Below, one piece after another: positions 20,053 through 28,980 of a stretch of 64,000 nt of DNA. Within the stretch, counting starts at the first letter, position 1. Each line of letters opens with the position of its first letter. The position numbers and the translations under genes are program-made. Below the pieces are notes generated by a model that saw nothing but the letters and a program-made list of their open reading frames with translations, made no database searches and was not told the origin of the DNA. Source of the stretch: Promethearchaeota archaeon (lineage in GTDB: Archaea > Asgardarchaeota > Lokiarchaeia > Sigyniarchaeales > SOKP01); assembly GCA_016839555.1 (NCBI GenBank), contig JAEOUA010000003.1:96001-160000 (forward strand). The letters run 5' to 3'.

Positions 20053-21596
20053 TCTACTCTCATTCCATAACCTATCAATCTGTATCTTCTATTAATGATT
20101 CTCGAAATCGCAAAAATAAAGTCGTTTGGAATACAAATTGGAGGATTCAAGTTAATTATATAACTATTTTTTAAGATCTTAGAAACAGTTCCTGCAGCCT
20201 TTTCTGTGCCCACTACGATAAGAAATTTTTCTCCATGCTTTAAATCATGCACTTTAATCATTTCCTCAGCTCCTATAACTCTATCTAATAAATGAACCTC
20301 TAATTCAACTTCATCTATTAATTCAGGCAAAGAGCCGGGTTTTCCGGCTAAATTTCCAATTAAAGCATCTCCTTTTGTCAAGGCGGGGTCCAATTTAGTC
20401 CCTAGTCCAATTAGACCGCCAGGTTTTGCTTTTTTTAAAAACTTATTACCTTGGCTTATACTGACTATTGTTGATTTTAAAGGTCTATATTGATTTTTTA
20501 CCTTCAATCCAGGACTTATTTCGACTTTATCTCCAATTTCAATCTTACCTTGTAATACCTGACCACCAATTACACCTCCAATAAGTTTATCAATTTCTTT
20601 CCCAGGTCTATTTACATCAAATGAACGAGCAATTAAAAATTCAAAATCTTGAGTTTCATCAAATTCAGGAGTAAGAATTACTTCTTGAATTGCTCTGACC
20701 ACAAGTTCGATATTAATACCAAATAAGGCTGATATGGGAATAATAGGTGCATTTTCTGCAACTGTTCCTTTTACAAATTCTTTTATTTGACGATAATTTT
20801 TTAAAGCATCTTCTTTAGTAACAGCATCAATTTTATTTTGAATAATAATAATATTTTCTATACCTGCAATATTTAATGCTGCCAAATGTTCTCTAGTTTG
20901 GGGTTGTGGACATGGTTCATTAGCAGCTATTAATAAACAAGCTCCATCCATAAGTGAGGCTCCACTCAACATTGTAGCCATTAATATTTCGTGTCCTGGA
21001 GCATCTACAAAAGAGATATTTCTTTTAAATTGTAATTGTCCTTTACATTCTGGGCATCTAAATCGAGGTTCCCCCTCTTTTCTAGCTTCATCGACCATAT
21101 ATGAAGTATAATATTTGTCGCATACTGGACAATGGAAAATAGTGGCATTTGAATAACCTAATTTAATCGAAATGCCACGTTCTTGCTCTTCTGAGTGTCT
21201 ATCGGTCCAATCTCCAGTTAAAATCTCAACTAATGTAGTTTTACCGTGATCCACATGTCCAACCAAACCCAGATTCATTTCAGCTTGCTTGTTCATTTGT
21301 TTTTTTAACTCTGATATAGGTATTTCTTCTGTTTTTTTCATTGGTGCTCTTTTTGGCTTTAATTCTTTTTCTATTATTTTCTCTGGAGCTTTAAATCCCT
21401 TTTCTTCAGTTTCTTGTAATAGTTTCTGGGCAGCTTTAATATATTTTAAAGCAGTTGATTCTCCAATACCTTTAACTTTTAATAAATCATCTACCGTTAG
21501 ATTTGCAAGTTTTTTAACAGAATTTATTCCTGCGGCTTCTAAACTCTCAGCAGTTGCTTTTCCAATCCCGGTAATATCTTCTAATTTCAATGACAT
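20040..21596 (-). CDS. eif2g: translation initiation factor aIF2 gamma with N-terminal helix-hairpin-helix extension
   Basis: GHVDHGKT, RGISIKLGY, Zn knuckle, DAPGHE, NKID and RYRLIGYG; N-terminal ITGIG...VKGIG tandem HhH. Confidence 0.93.
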   Translation of the reverse strand: MSLKLEDITGIGKATAESLEAAGINSVKKLANLTVDDLLKVKGIGESTALKYIKAAQKLLQETEEKGFKAPEKIIEKELKPKRAPMKKTEEIPISELKKQMNKQAEMNLGLVGHVDHGKTTLVEILTGDWTDRHSEEQERGISIKLGYSNATIFHCPVCDKYYTSYMVDEARKEGEPRFRCPECKGQLQFKRNISFVDAPGHEILMATMLSGASLMDGACLLIAANEPCPQPQTREHLAALNIAGIENIIIIQNKIDAVTKEDALKNYRQIKEFVKGTVAENAPIIPISALFGINIELVVRAIQEVILTPEFDETQDFEFLIARSFDVNRPGKEIDKLIGGVIGGQVLQGKIEIGDKVEISPGLKVKNQYRPLKSTIVSISQGNKFLKKAKPGGLIGLGTKLDPALTKGDALIGNLAGKPGSLPELIDEVELEVHLLDRVIGAEEMIKVHDLKHGEKFLIVVGTEKAAGTVSKILKNSYIINLNPPICIPNDFIFAISRIINRRYRLIGYGMRVDHKE

Positions 21597-21804
21597 GTTA
21601 TAAAAGTTAAAATTTTTTGAATATAATTAGAATACGTAAATTTCTTCCTATATTAAGTAAAATAATTTAATAAAAAATATATTATTTATGAAAATTTAAA
21701 GATCAACTTAGAAACAGTTTAGTCTAATTTCATTTATTATATTATCATTTGCCTTAAAATAATATTAATTGATTTTATAGAAAAAATAAAAGCGAATTAT
21801 ATTA

Positions 21805-22101
21805 TCATTTACTTTTTTTTCCGGTTTTTTCTTCAATCTTTTTTTTCTGTCGTTTTTTACGATCTTTTGAAAAAGATTTGATGGTCTTGATGGTTTTTAT
21901 AGCACCTGCTTTCTTTTCCAATGTTGTATAAGAAACTCTTAATAAGCTATCTACATAGAATGTCGAGGTCTTTCCACACGATTTATCCGTATGATGAATA
22001 TATATTGGAGCAGGATACTTGCCAGAATCAATATCTGCTTCTTCAATCCAAAAAATTATTTGCTTGCCGCAGTGAGGACAATTATTAAATCGATAGGGCA
22101 T
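21805..22101 (-). CDS. small Zn-binding hypothetical protein with basic tail
   Basis: CPHCG...H...CG and Lys-rich C-terminus. Confidence 0.6.
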   Translation of the reverse strand: MPYRFNNCPHCGKQIIFWIEEADIDSGKYPAPIYIHHTDKSCGKTSTFYVDSLLRVSYTTLEKKAGAIKTIKTIKSFSKDRKKRQKKKIEEKTGKKSK

Positions 22102-22252
22102 TATATATTAGATTTACTACGTCTTTAATATAAGACTTAATAATATCTATAAAATAAATAATTATTGTGAATAATTAAGTACTTATTATTTTATTCTTAT
22201 ATACTATAATAAGATATAAATTAAGTTCTTTTATATGTGATGAGTTAATATT

Positions 22253-24415
22253 ATGGCTCTAATCCGTAAAAAAAGCTTTATTTTGGTACTCCTTTTTTTA
22301 TTTATTTTTAGTATTTCGAGTATTTCTATTCTTTATTATAATGAATTGGCTCTTAAAAACGAAAATGAGGCATTAGCTTCTAATGGAAGCTCTCAATTTA
22401 CTTTTCCTTTGTTGCCCTCGATTGATTATGAATCATTAAATGATACTTGGTATAATCCAAAATTAGAGATGATAATTATAGTACCAAATGGAAGCGAAAT
22501 TTTTGCGAATGCGTGTAAACCGTTAGCAGAATGGAAGAATCAAAAAGGAGTGAAAACTCTAATATTAAGCAATTATTCTTTATATCCTGGAGAAGATAAT
22601 CAATCAAAAATAAGAAATATGATAAAATCATACTATGAATCTGATGGAATTAGATGGGTCTTATTAGCTGGAGATGCTCAAGATGATTTGATCCCAATAC
22701 GGAAAATCTATAATCCAGATACAATAGTTATAGGTGATACTGAACCTCATGGTTTTAGCCAGTCTTATAAACCTACAGATTATTACTATGCGGATCTTAC
22801 AGGAAGCTGGGATTCGGATGGTGATGGAATTTATGGAGAAATAACATTATTTTCAGATGAAATAAATTGGATTCCAGAAGTTTATGTTGGACGTTTGCCA
22901 GCAAGTAATGTTAATGAACTTTCTGAAATGATTAATAAAACACTAAAATATGAAGAAGATCCAGAAATAGGTGATTGGATGAATAGAATGTTATTAGCAG
23001 GGGGAGTATCAGAACCAGTTAATCCAATAAAAGATCCTGATGGAGAAGATGAAGCAAGGCTCACTTCATATATCTTACAATATTATGTTCAAGATCAGAT
23101 GAATTCAACCCATCTTTGTCGTACTACCTCAGCTTATACACCACCAGTTCCCTATGAAGATCTAAATCATAGTAGTTTCAATAATTCCTTTAATGATGGA
23201 TATTCTACAATATTATTTGCTGGTCATGGTGATTATGATGAATTCGCTGATGCGGATGGTGGTATTAGAACATTATATACGAGTGGAGATGCTCAAGATT
23301 GTTCGAATGCTTATAATCCATCCCTAGTTTATGCTGATGCGTGTACAACTTCCTGTTATGACTCTGATGATTTTGATAATAATATTGGAGAGATCTTAAT
23401 TAAGAATAAAAATGGTGGCGCAATCGGGTACATCGGTGGATTAAGATTAACCTGGTATTATACTAATGATTATTTACTTGAGGCGCTCAATCGAGGGAAT
23501 GCGAAATATTTCTGGAAAGTATTTTTTGAGGATAAAATATTCCAGCAAGGAAAAGCATTATATGATTCGAAAGTTTCCTATATGAATAGTTTTTACTATA
23601 AATTTAAGAGAGTTCCATATCATGTAGAAGCCGAGCGCAAGCAATTATCAACATATTGTTTGTTAGGAGATCCGGAAGTGGATATATATACGGATATTCC
23701 CGGTAAAATCGAAAATATTTCACTCCCTTCAACTATCTATGAAGGGCAGTTAGTAGAAATAGAAAAAATTACAGATAATTATAGTAGAATTGTTCCTTAC
23801 CCCCGTCTTTATATTACCACAGAGGATGGCATAGAAAGAACAGTCTATGGCGATAAAAACGGAAATGTGAAATTTCGATTACCTTTAGGAGCGTATAAAA
23901 CCTATAATATATCAATATCTGGTCATAATTTGGACAAATTTTCCAATTTTTCTTTTATTACTGAGCCTGATAATAATCTTCCAAAAATAAACAATTTTTT
24001 ATATTCTCCAAATCAGCCCACTGTATCTACAAATATTAACTGGTATTTTAAGACTACTGATAATGAATCCGGAATAGAAAGTCTATTTCTTATATATTCA
24101 GCAGATAATTTTAAAACCTATCAATATATTCAGTTTAAAAATGATTTTACTGAAAATCAAGAAGATTTTATGTTTCGAACCTTAAAATTGGAGCCCGGAG
24201 ATTATCAATATATCTTATATGCAAGGGATTATGCTAACCATGGAATTTATTTATGGTTACCTTCTTTTCAAATTTCTATTAACATTCCACTAACTTACTA
24301 TTTCATTGAAAGTATTGCCATAACCTTTGCAATTATTGCTGCTGGTTTTTGTATATATTATGTGGTTATATTAAAAAATTACCCAAGAAAAATAGAAAAA
24401 TTCACAGAAATCTAA
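22253..24415 (+). CDS. C25 family (gingipain-like) cysteine peptidase, membrane-anchored
   Basis: Signal/TM; WKNQKG, VLLAGD, DYYYADL, VGRLP, catalytic AGHG and DAC, GGAIGYIG, LLGDP; C-terminal TM. Confidence 0.88.
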   Translation: MALIRKKSFILVLLFLFIFSISSISILYYNELALKNENEALASNGSSQFTFPLLPSIDYESLNDTWYNPKLEMIIIVPNGSEIFANACKPLAEWKNQKGVKTLILSNYSLYPGEDNQSKIRNMIKSYYESDGIRWVLLAGDAQDDLIPIRKIYNPDTIVIGDTEPHGFSQSYKPTDYYYADLTGSWDSDGDGIYGEITLFSDEINWIPEVYVGRLPASNVNELSEMINKTLKYEEDPEIGDWMNRMLLAGGVSEPVNPIKDPDGEDEARLTSYILQYYVQDQMNSTHLCRTTSAYTPPVPYEDLNHSSFNNSFNDGYSTILFAGHGDYDEFADADGGIRTLYTSGDAQDCSNAYNPSLVYADACTTSCYDSDDFDNNIGEILIKNKNGGAIGYIGGLRLTWYYTNDYLLEALNRGNAKYFWKVFFEDKIFQQGKALYDSKVSYMNSFYYKFKRVPYHVEAERKQLSTYCLLGDPEVDIYTDIPGKIENISLPSTIYEGQLVEIEKITDNYSRIVPYPRLYITTEDGIERTVYGDKNGNVKFRLPLGAYKTYNISISGHNLDKFSNFSFITEPDNNLPKINNFLYSPNQPTVSTNINWYFKTTDNESGIESLFLIYSADNFKTYQYIQFKNDFTENQEDFMFRTLKLEPGDYQYILYARDYANHGIYLWLPSFQISINIPLTYYFIESIAITFAIIAAGFCIYYVVILKNYPRKIEKFTEI

Positions 24416-24591
24416 ATTAATAAAACTTTTAATCATTTTTTTTAATCTTTAAAAATCTTAAGAGTAAAGCAGCCTTAGAAAAGAAAAAATAAGTTTTTGA
24501 ATCATTAATCCCTAAGATTCGACTTATTTATTCCTTTTAAATTTAACGCATAAACTTTAATTATAAGGGGTTCTTTATTCTATCCAAATTT

Positions 24592-24657
24592 AAACCATCA
24601 AGTTTTAAGTTATCAATTTCTTAGAAATTGAGATTACTTAAAAATCAACTATGGTTT
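24592..24657 (+). other. long imperfect hairpin followed by a T10 tract, directly upstream of the permuted 5S locus
   Basis: Nested inverted repeats AAACCAT/ATGGTTT, TTTTAAGT/ACTTAAAA and TCAATTTC/GAAATTGA; T10 at 24655-24664. Confidence 0.55.
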
Positions 24658-24664
24658 TTTTTTT

Positions 24665-24840
24665 GGCCACATAAAATGCAGCTCTTCGCTGCAGCGCCGA
24701 AAGTTAAACTTTGTTGCGTTAGCGATAGTACTTCTGTTGAAATCAGCGGGAAACGCTAAACTGTAAGTTCGCTTACGGTCATAGTAACAAGGGATAGTAC
24801 CCGGTCCCATACCGAACCCGGAAACGCTTTTTATGTGGCT
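24665..24840 (+). ncRNA. precursor of permuted 5S rRNA with terminal processing stem and BHB-like motif
   Basis: GCCACATAAAA (24666-24676) / TTTTATGTGGC (24829-24839) stem; side hairpin TGCAGC/GCTGCA; GCG/CGC helix; AAA bulge at 24822-24824; central CCG/CGG helix. Confidence 0.75.
24703..24823 (+). rRNA. rrf: 5S rRNA, circularly permuted gene (3' half 24703-24767, UUCG linker, 5' half 24772-24823)
   Basis: Conserved loop C CCCATACCGAAC. Helix I ACTGTAAG/CTTACGGT closed by TTCG. Helix II GTAACAAGG/CTTTGTTGC. Helix TTAGCG/CGCTAA with loop-E AGTA/GAA. Length 121 nt. Confidence 0.88.
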
Positions 24841-24950
24841 AAATAATTTTTATAATGCTTCTTCTATCTATAGTATCCTTTTGCCATAATTTTTTAAACA
24901 ATTAATAATATCTTAAATATAATATATTATTTTATCGCTTGAATAATAAT

Positions 24951-25451
24951 ATGGTAAAGAAATACGTCATTTTTCTCAAAAGAATTTGGAGATCATGGTT
25001 TATAATCTTAGTAATAATTATTATTATCCTTGCGTTTTATAATTTAATTGCAGCCATAATTTTAACGGGTATAACACTTCTTTTATTTGTATTTTCTTAT
25101 ATTCCGTCCTTCTTCTTTAAAAATAGAGTAGTGCGCTTTCTAAAAAATTATTATAGGATTAAAGATGATGATATCATTAAGCATTTTAGCAATAAAAAAG
25201 ATAAAATAAAAAAGGTTCTATTTGATTTAGCACAGGATCAAGCAAAAAAAGATTGGCTCATCGTGTTTGTAAATAATCATTACATCTATTTTCATAAAGA
25301 TATAATTGAGAAATATAAAAATCTCTATCAAAAAGGTTACGGCGAAAAAAAGATTTTTGATCTATTACAAAAGATTGATATTGAGACGAGAGCAGAAATT
25401 AAAGCAATAAATACTACTTTAAAGGCACATAATAGACTTTCAGAAGAATAA
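24951..25451 (+). CDS. membrane protein (2 N-terminal TM segments)
   Basis: Hydrophobic N-terminus and basic soluble domain; ATG 24951 preferred over TTG 24939. Confidence 0.6.
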   Translation: MVKKYVIFLKRIWRSWFIILVIIIIILAFYNLIAAIILTGITLLLFVFSYIPSFFFKNRVVRFLKNYYRIKDDDIIKHFSNKKDKIKKVLFDLAQDQAKKDWLIVFVNNHYIYFHKDIIEKYKNLYQKGYGEKKIFDLLQKIDIETRAEIKAINTTLKAHNRLSEE

Positions 25452-25475
25452 GAAAAATAAAAAAATAAAAAAAAA

Positions 25476-25949
25476 TTATTTCCGATTTCCTTTTTTAATC
25501 ATTTGGATTTCCAATAAAATTCCTAGAGAATCTATTGTGTCAAAATAGGCAACATATTGCGTAAAGAATTGTCCAATAAACACCGCTTCTATATTATTCT
25601 TCTTAAATAATTCAATATACGGATCAAGATCTTCTACCATACCACTTATATGTTGAAGTCCTTCGTGTCCATTATCCAAGAATTCTTGATGTATTCCTTC
25701 ACCAGAGATTGGCTGAATAAGTTCAATTTGTTTGCCCCAATATCGACTCAATGCAAGTCTCAATGTGCAAATTGATTTTTTTCCCCGAAAAACAACTTCA
25801 GATGTTACATCTGGAAAAATTGCAAATTTCGGCATATTCCATAATTTCTCCATTACTTTAGTTTGTTTTTCAACATCTTTATATACATATCCTAATTGCA
25901 TAATTTCCAAATCTCCAATATTCATATCTAATGATTTTTCGTCTGACAT
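25476..25949 (-). CDS. VOC/glyoxalase family protein (methylmalonyl-CoA epimerase-like), copy 1
   Basis: QLGYVYKD, QIELIQP, EGLQHI and LLEIQ metal-binding pattern. Confidence 0.85.
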   Translation of the reverse strand: MSDEKSLDMNIGDLEIMQLGYVYKDVEKQTKVMEKLWNMPKFAIFPDVTSEVVFRGKKSICTLRLALSRYWGKQIELIQPISGEGIHQEFLDNGHEGLQHISGMVEDLDPYIELFKKNNIEAVFIGQFFTQYVAYFDTIDSLGILLEIQMIKKGNRK

Positions 25950-26071
25950 TATCTATACAACTCCTTTTCTTAATATAATAATAAAAACAATTTCATTTTT
26001 ATTTTAATAGAAAAGTAAGTTTGAATGGTATTTATAATTTTTATCCCATAAAAATAAACACAATTTTAAAA

Positions 26072-26152
26072 ATGCGGTTTATCTCTGGGTTAAAAAAATT
26101 ATTCTCAAAATGGATATATGCCCTGATAATAAACTATTTTCCAAAAGTGTAA
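26072..26152 (+). pseudogene. 5' fragment of the 26787/27862 membrane-protein gene family
   Basis: Translates MRFISGLKKLFSKWIYALIINYFPKV*, nearly identical to the N-terminus of 27862..28878; upstream ATCCCATAAAA is also shared. Confidence 0.8.
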
Positions 26153-26176
26153 AAATAAAAAAAAGGATTTAAAAAA

Positions 26177-26650
26177 TTATTTTCGACTTCTTTTTTTAGT
26201 CATTTGTAATTCCAATAGAAAACCTAAAGAATCAGTTGTATCAAAATATGAAAAATACTGCTTTCCTATATTTCCACTAAATACAGCTTCTATATTATTC
26301 TTCTTAAATAATTCAATGTATGAATCAAGATCTTCTACCATACAACTTATATGTTGAAGTCCTTCGTGTCCATTATCCAAGAATTCTTGATGTATTCCTT
26401 CACCAGAGATTGGCTGAATAAGTTCAATTTGTTTGCCCCAATATCGAGTGAATGCAATTCTAGTAGTATAAACTGATTTTTTCCCCCGATAAATAACTTC
26501 ATTTTTGTTATCAGGAAGAATTGCAAATTTCGGCATTCCCCACACCTGCTCCATTATCTTAGCTTGTTTTTCAACATCCTTATAGACGTAGCCTAGTTGG
26601 AAAATTTCCAAATCTCCTATATTCATATCTAAAAGTTTTTGATCTGACAT
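26177..26650 (-). CDS. VOC/glyoxalase family protein, copy 2
   Basis: Paralog of 25476..25949 with the same length (157 aa). Confidence 0.85.
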   Translation of the reverse strand: MSDQKLLDMNIGDLEIFQLGYVYKDVEKQAKIMEQVWGMPKFAILPDNKNEVIYRGKKSVYTTRIAFTRYWGKQIELIQPISGEGIHQEFLDNGHEGLQHISCMVEDLDSYIELFKKNNIEAVFSGNIGKQYFSYFDTTDSLGFLLELQMTKKRSRK

Positions 26651-26786
26651 TTCATATTCTATTCTTAATTTAATTTTAAAAATATTAATATAATAATAGG
26701 AATATTTTCATTTTTATAAATTTAAAAGTAAGTTAAAATTCTAAATAAAATTTTAAATTCATTAAATATAATATAGATTAAAAAAA

Positions 26787-27770
26787 ATGCGGTTTATTTT
26801 TGGATTAAAAAAACTATTCTCTAAATGGATTTATGCTCTTATAATAATCTCTTTTTTAGTATCATGGTTTTTCACTTTATTAGGTATTGTTTTTTTTCCA
26901 GAAAAAGCATTTTTTCAAATTATTCGAATTATAATAAGCGTTTTATTTGGTTTTAATTGTTTACTCTTTATTTTTTCATTTTTTAAATCCCTTGATAAAG
27001 TACATTATATTTTTATAAGCATTGCGTTTATAACGAGTAATTTTTTCTTATTTGTATTTGATAATACTATTTCAATATTGTTTGAGTTCTTTTATACTAC
27101 CAATTTAATTCTAAATTCTCTTTTTGCCTTTATATTATGCATAGATTATGCTATTAATATTGATAATTATTTAACTAAAAAAGACAGAAATATAATTTTT
27201 AGGATAATATTCTGGATCAATATTATTTTTTTTATAATGGAAATTTTCACTTTTTTTTTTGCTATAGAGGATCAATACCAAATTTTTAGGATATTACTTT
27301 GGGTTAATATTGTTTTTTTATTAGGTTTAATAGTGAATTTAATAATAAATAAAAAAATAATCGCTTATTTTGCCTTGTTTCTTCTTTTAATATTTCTGTA
27401 TATACTATATAGAGTAGTCAAGTTTTATATTAATTCTTCTGGTTATATATTTTTATCATATATTTTAGATTTGATTTTATTCATATATATTATTGGCTCT
27501 CTCTTTAACAAAAAACACTTTTTTAAAGAGAAAATGAAATATTTACGAATAGAAACTATTATCCTTTTAGTTATAATTATGAAATTTGTAATTCAAGGAT
27601 TTCAAATTATATCTTCGATTAGTGGAATTAATATCTCAATAAATTTATATAATGAAGATGATAATATGATTCTTTTTATCATATTTATTATATTGTTTGA
27701 AATCTATGGATTAATTAAATATAAAATAAAAAATGGAAAAAGTGAAAACAATATTATCAATTATGATTAA
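26787..27770 (+). CDS. polytopic membrane protein, divergent copy
   Basis: Highly hydrophobic; paralog of 27862..28878 (shared N-terminus and SYILDLILFIYI). Confidence 0.7.
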   Translation: MRFIFGLKKLFSKWIYALIIISFLVSWFFTLLGIVFFPEKAFFQIIRIIISVLFGFNCLLFIFSFFKSLDKVHYIFISIAFITSNFFLFVFDNTISILFEFFYTTNLILNSLFAFILCIDYAINIDNYLTKKDRNIIFRIIFWINIIFFIMEIFTFFFAIEDQYQIFRILLWVNIVFLLGLIVNLIINKKIIAYFALFLLLIFLYILYRVVKFYINSSGYIFLSYILDLILFIYIIGSLFNKKHFFKEKMKYLRIETIILLVIIMKFVIQGFQIISSISGINISINLYNEDDNMILFIIFIILFEIYGLIKYKIKNGKSENNIINYD

Positions 27771-27861
27771 AAGAAATTAATATTTAACTTTTCTATTGAA
27801 AAATAAATTTAAATTCTTTATAAAATTTTAAATCCCATAAAAACAACCTTAATTTTGAAAA

Positions 27862-28878
27862 ATGCGGTTTATCTCTGGTTTAAAAAAATTATTCTCAAAA
27901 CGGATATATGCTCTGATCATCATCTATTTTTTAGTATCGTGGTTTTTAATTTTATTAGGTATTGTTTTTTTCCCGGCAGAGGCATTTTTTCAAATCATTC
28001 GAATTATATTAAGTGTTTTATTTGGTTTCAGTTTATTGTTATTCATCTTTTCATTTTTTAAACCGCTAGATGAACTTCATTATGGTTTTATAATTGTTGC
28101 GTTTATTGGGGGCTTATTTTTCTTGATTATATTCGACAACATTATTACACTATTCTATATTTTCTGTTTTTATGCTAATCTCGTTTTAACCGCATTCTTT
28201 GCTTTCAAACTTTGTATGGATTCTGCTATCAATGTAGATAACTATTTATCTAAAAAAGAGAAATATCGGAAAGTACTACGTGTTTTCGAATTTATATTTT
28301 TTACTTTTTTAAATATAGTTAGCTTTTTATTTACACTTAATTTTTTTAGAAGAGTTCTACGACTTCCTCCCTTAGTCGAATTGGTATTTCGAGTAATATT
28401 TTGGTTAAATATAATATTTTTAATGGGAATTGTAATTAGATTGCTAATTACTAAAAAATTTGCGGCATATTTTGCGTTATTTCTTCTATTAGTCTTTCTC
28501 TATATGCTATACAGGGTTGTGGATTTTTATGCTGAAATTATTTTTGCTAATTCATCTGGTTATGATTTTTTTTCATATATTTTAGATTTGATTTTATTCA
28601 TATACATTATGGGGTCTATATTTGATAGGGTGGACTTTCTAAAAGAAAAATTAAAATATCTAAGAGCGGATACTATTGCACTCTTTGTGATTATTATGAA
28701 ACTTGTTGTTCAAGGATTTGAAATAGTAACATCGATTAGTGGAGCTAATGCCCCACCTCAGATACAGGATGAATTAGGTATTATGATTCTCTTTATCATA
28801 TTCACGTTGTCATTCGGTATCTATAAATTAATTAAACATAGCGCAGAATTAAAAAAAACTGAAATTGATATAAAATAA
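27862..28878 (+). CDS. polytopic membrane protein
   Basis: About ten hydrophobic segments. Confidence 0.75.
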   Translation: MRFISGLKKLFSKRIYALIIIYFLVSWFLILLGIVFFPAEAFFQIIRIILSVLFGFSLLLFIFSFFKPLDELHYGFIIVAFIGGLFFLIIFDNIITLFYIFCFYANLVLTAFFAFKLCMDSAINVDNYLSKKEKYRKVLRVFEFIFFTFLNIVSFLFTLNFFRRVLRLPPLVELVFRVIFWLNIIFLMGIVIRLLITKKFAAYFALFLLLVFLYMLYRVVDFYAEIIFANSSGYDFFSYILDLILFIYIMGSIFDRVDFLKEKLKYLRADTIALFVIIMKLVVQGFEIVTSISGANAPPQIQDELGIMILFIIFTLSFGIYKLIKHSAELKKTEIDIK

Positions 28879-28980
28879 AGATATATATAAGCAATTTACT
28901 GATTACCTCAATTTGAACGATCTTGATCAATTTTAAATTCAACTTATAAGTTTAAATATATTAACCTCATTTTTTTTATT

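Noticed and set aside
24665-24840. Alternative readings of the GC-rich block as a tRNA, SRP RNA, MITE or two tandem partial 5S genes
   Set aside because: There is no cloverleaf or SRP motif. The two 5S halves are complementary, non-redundant and sum to one 5S length, and the flanking stem fits a processing helix.
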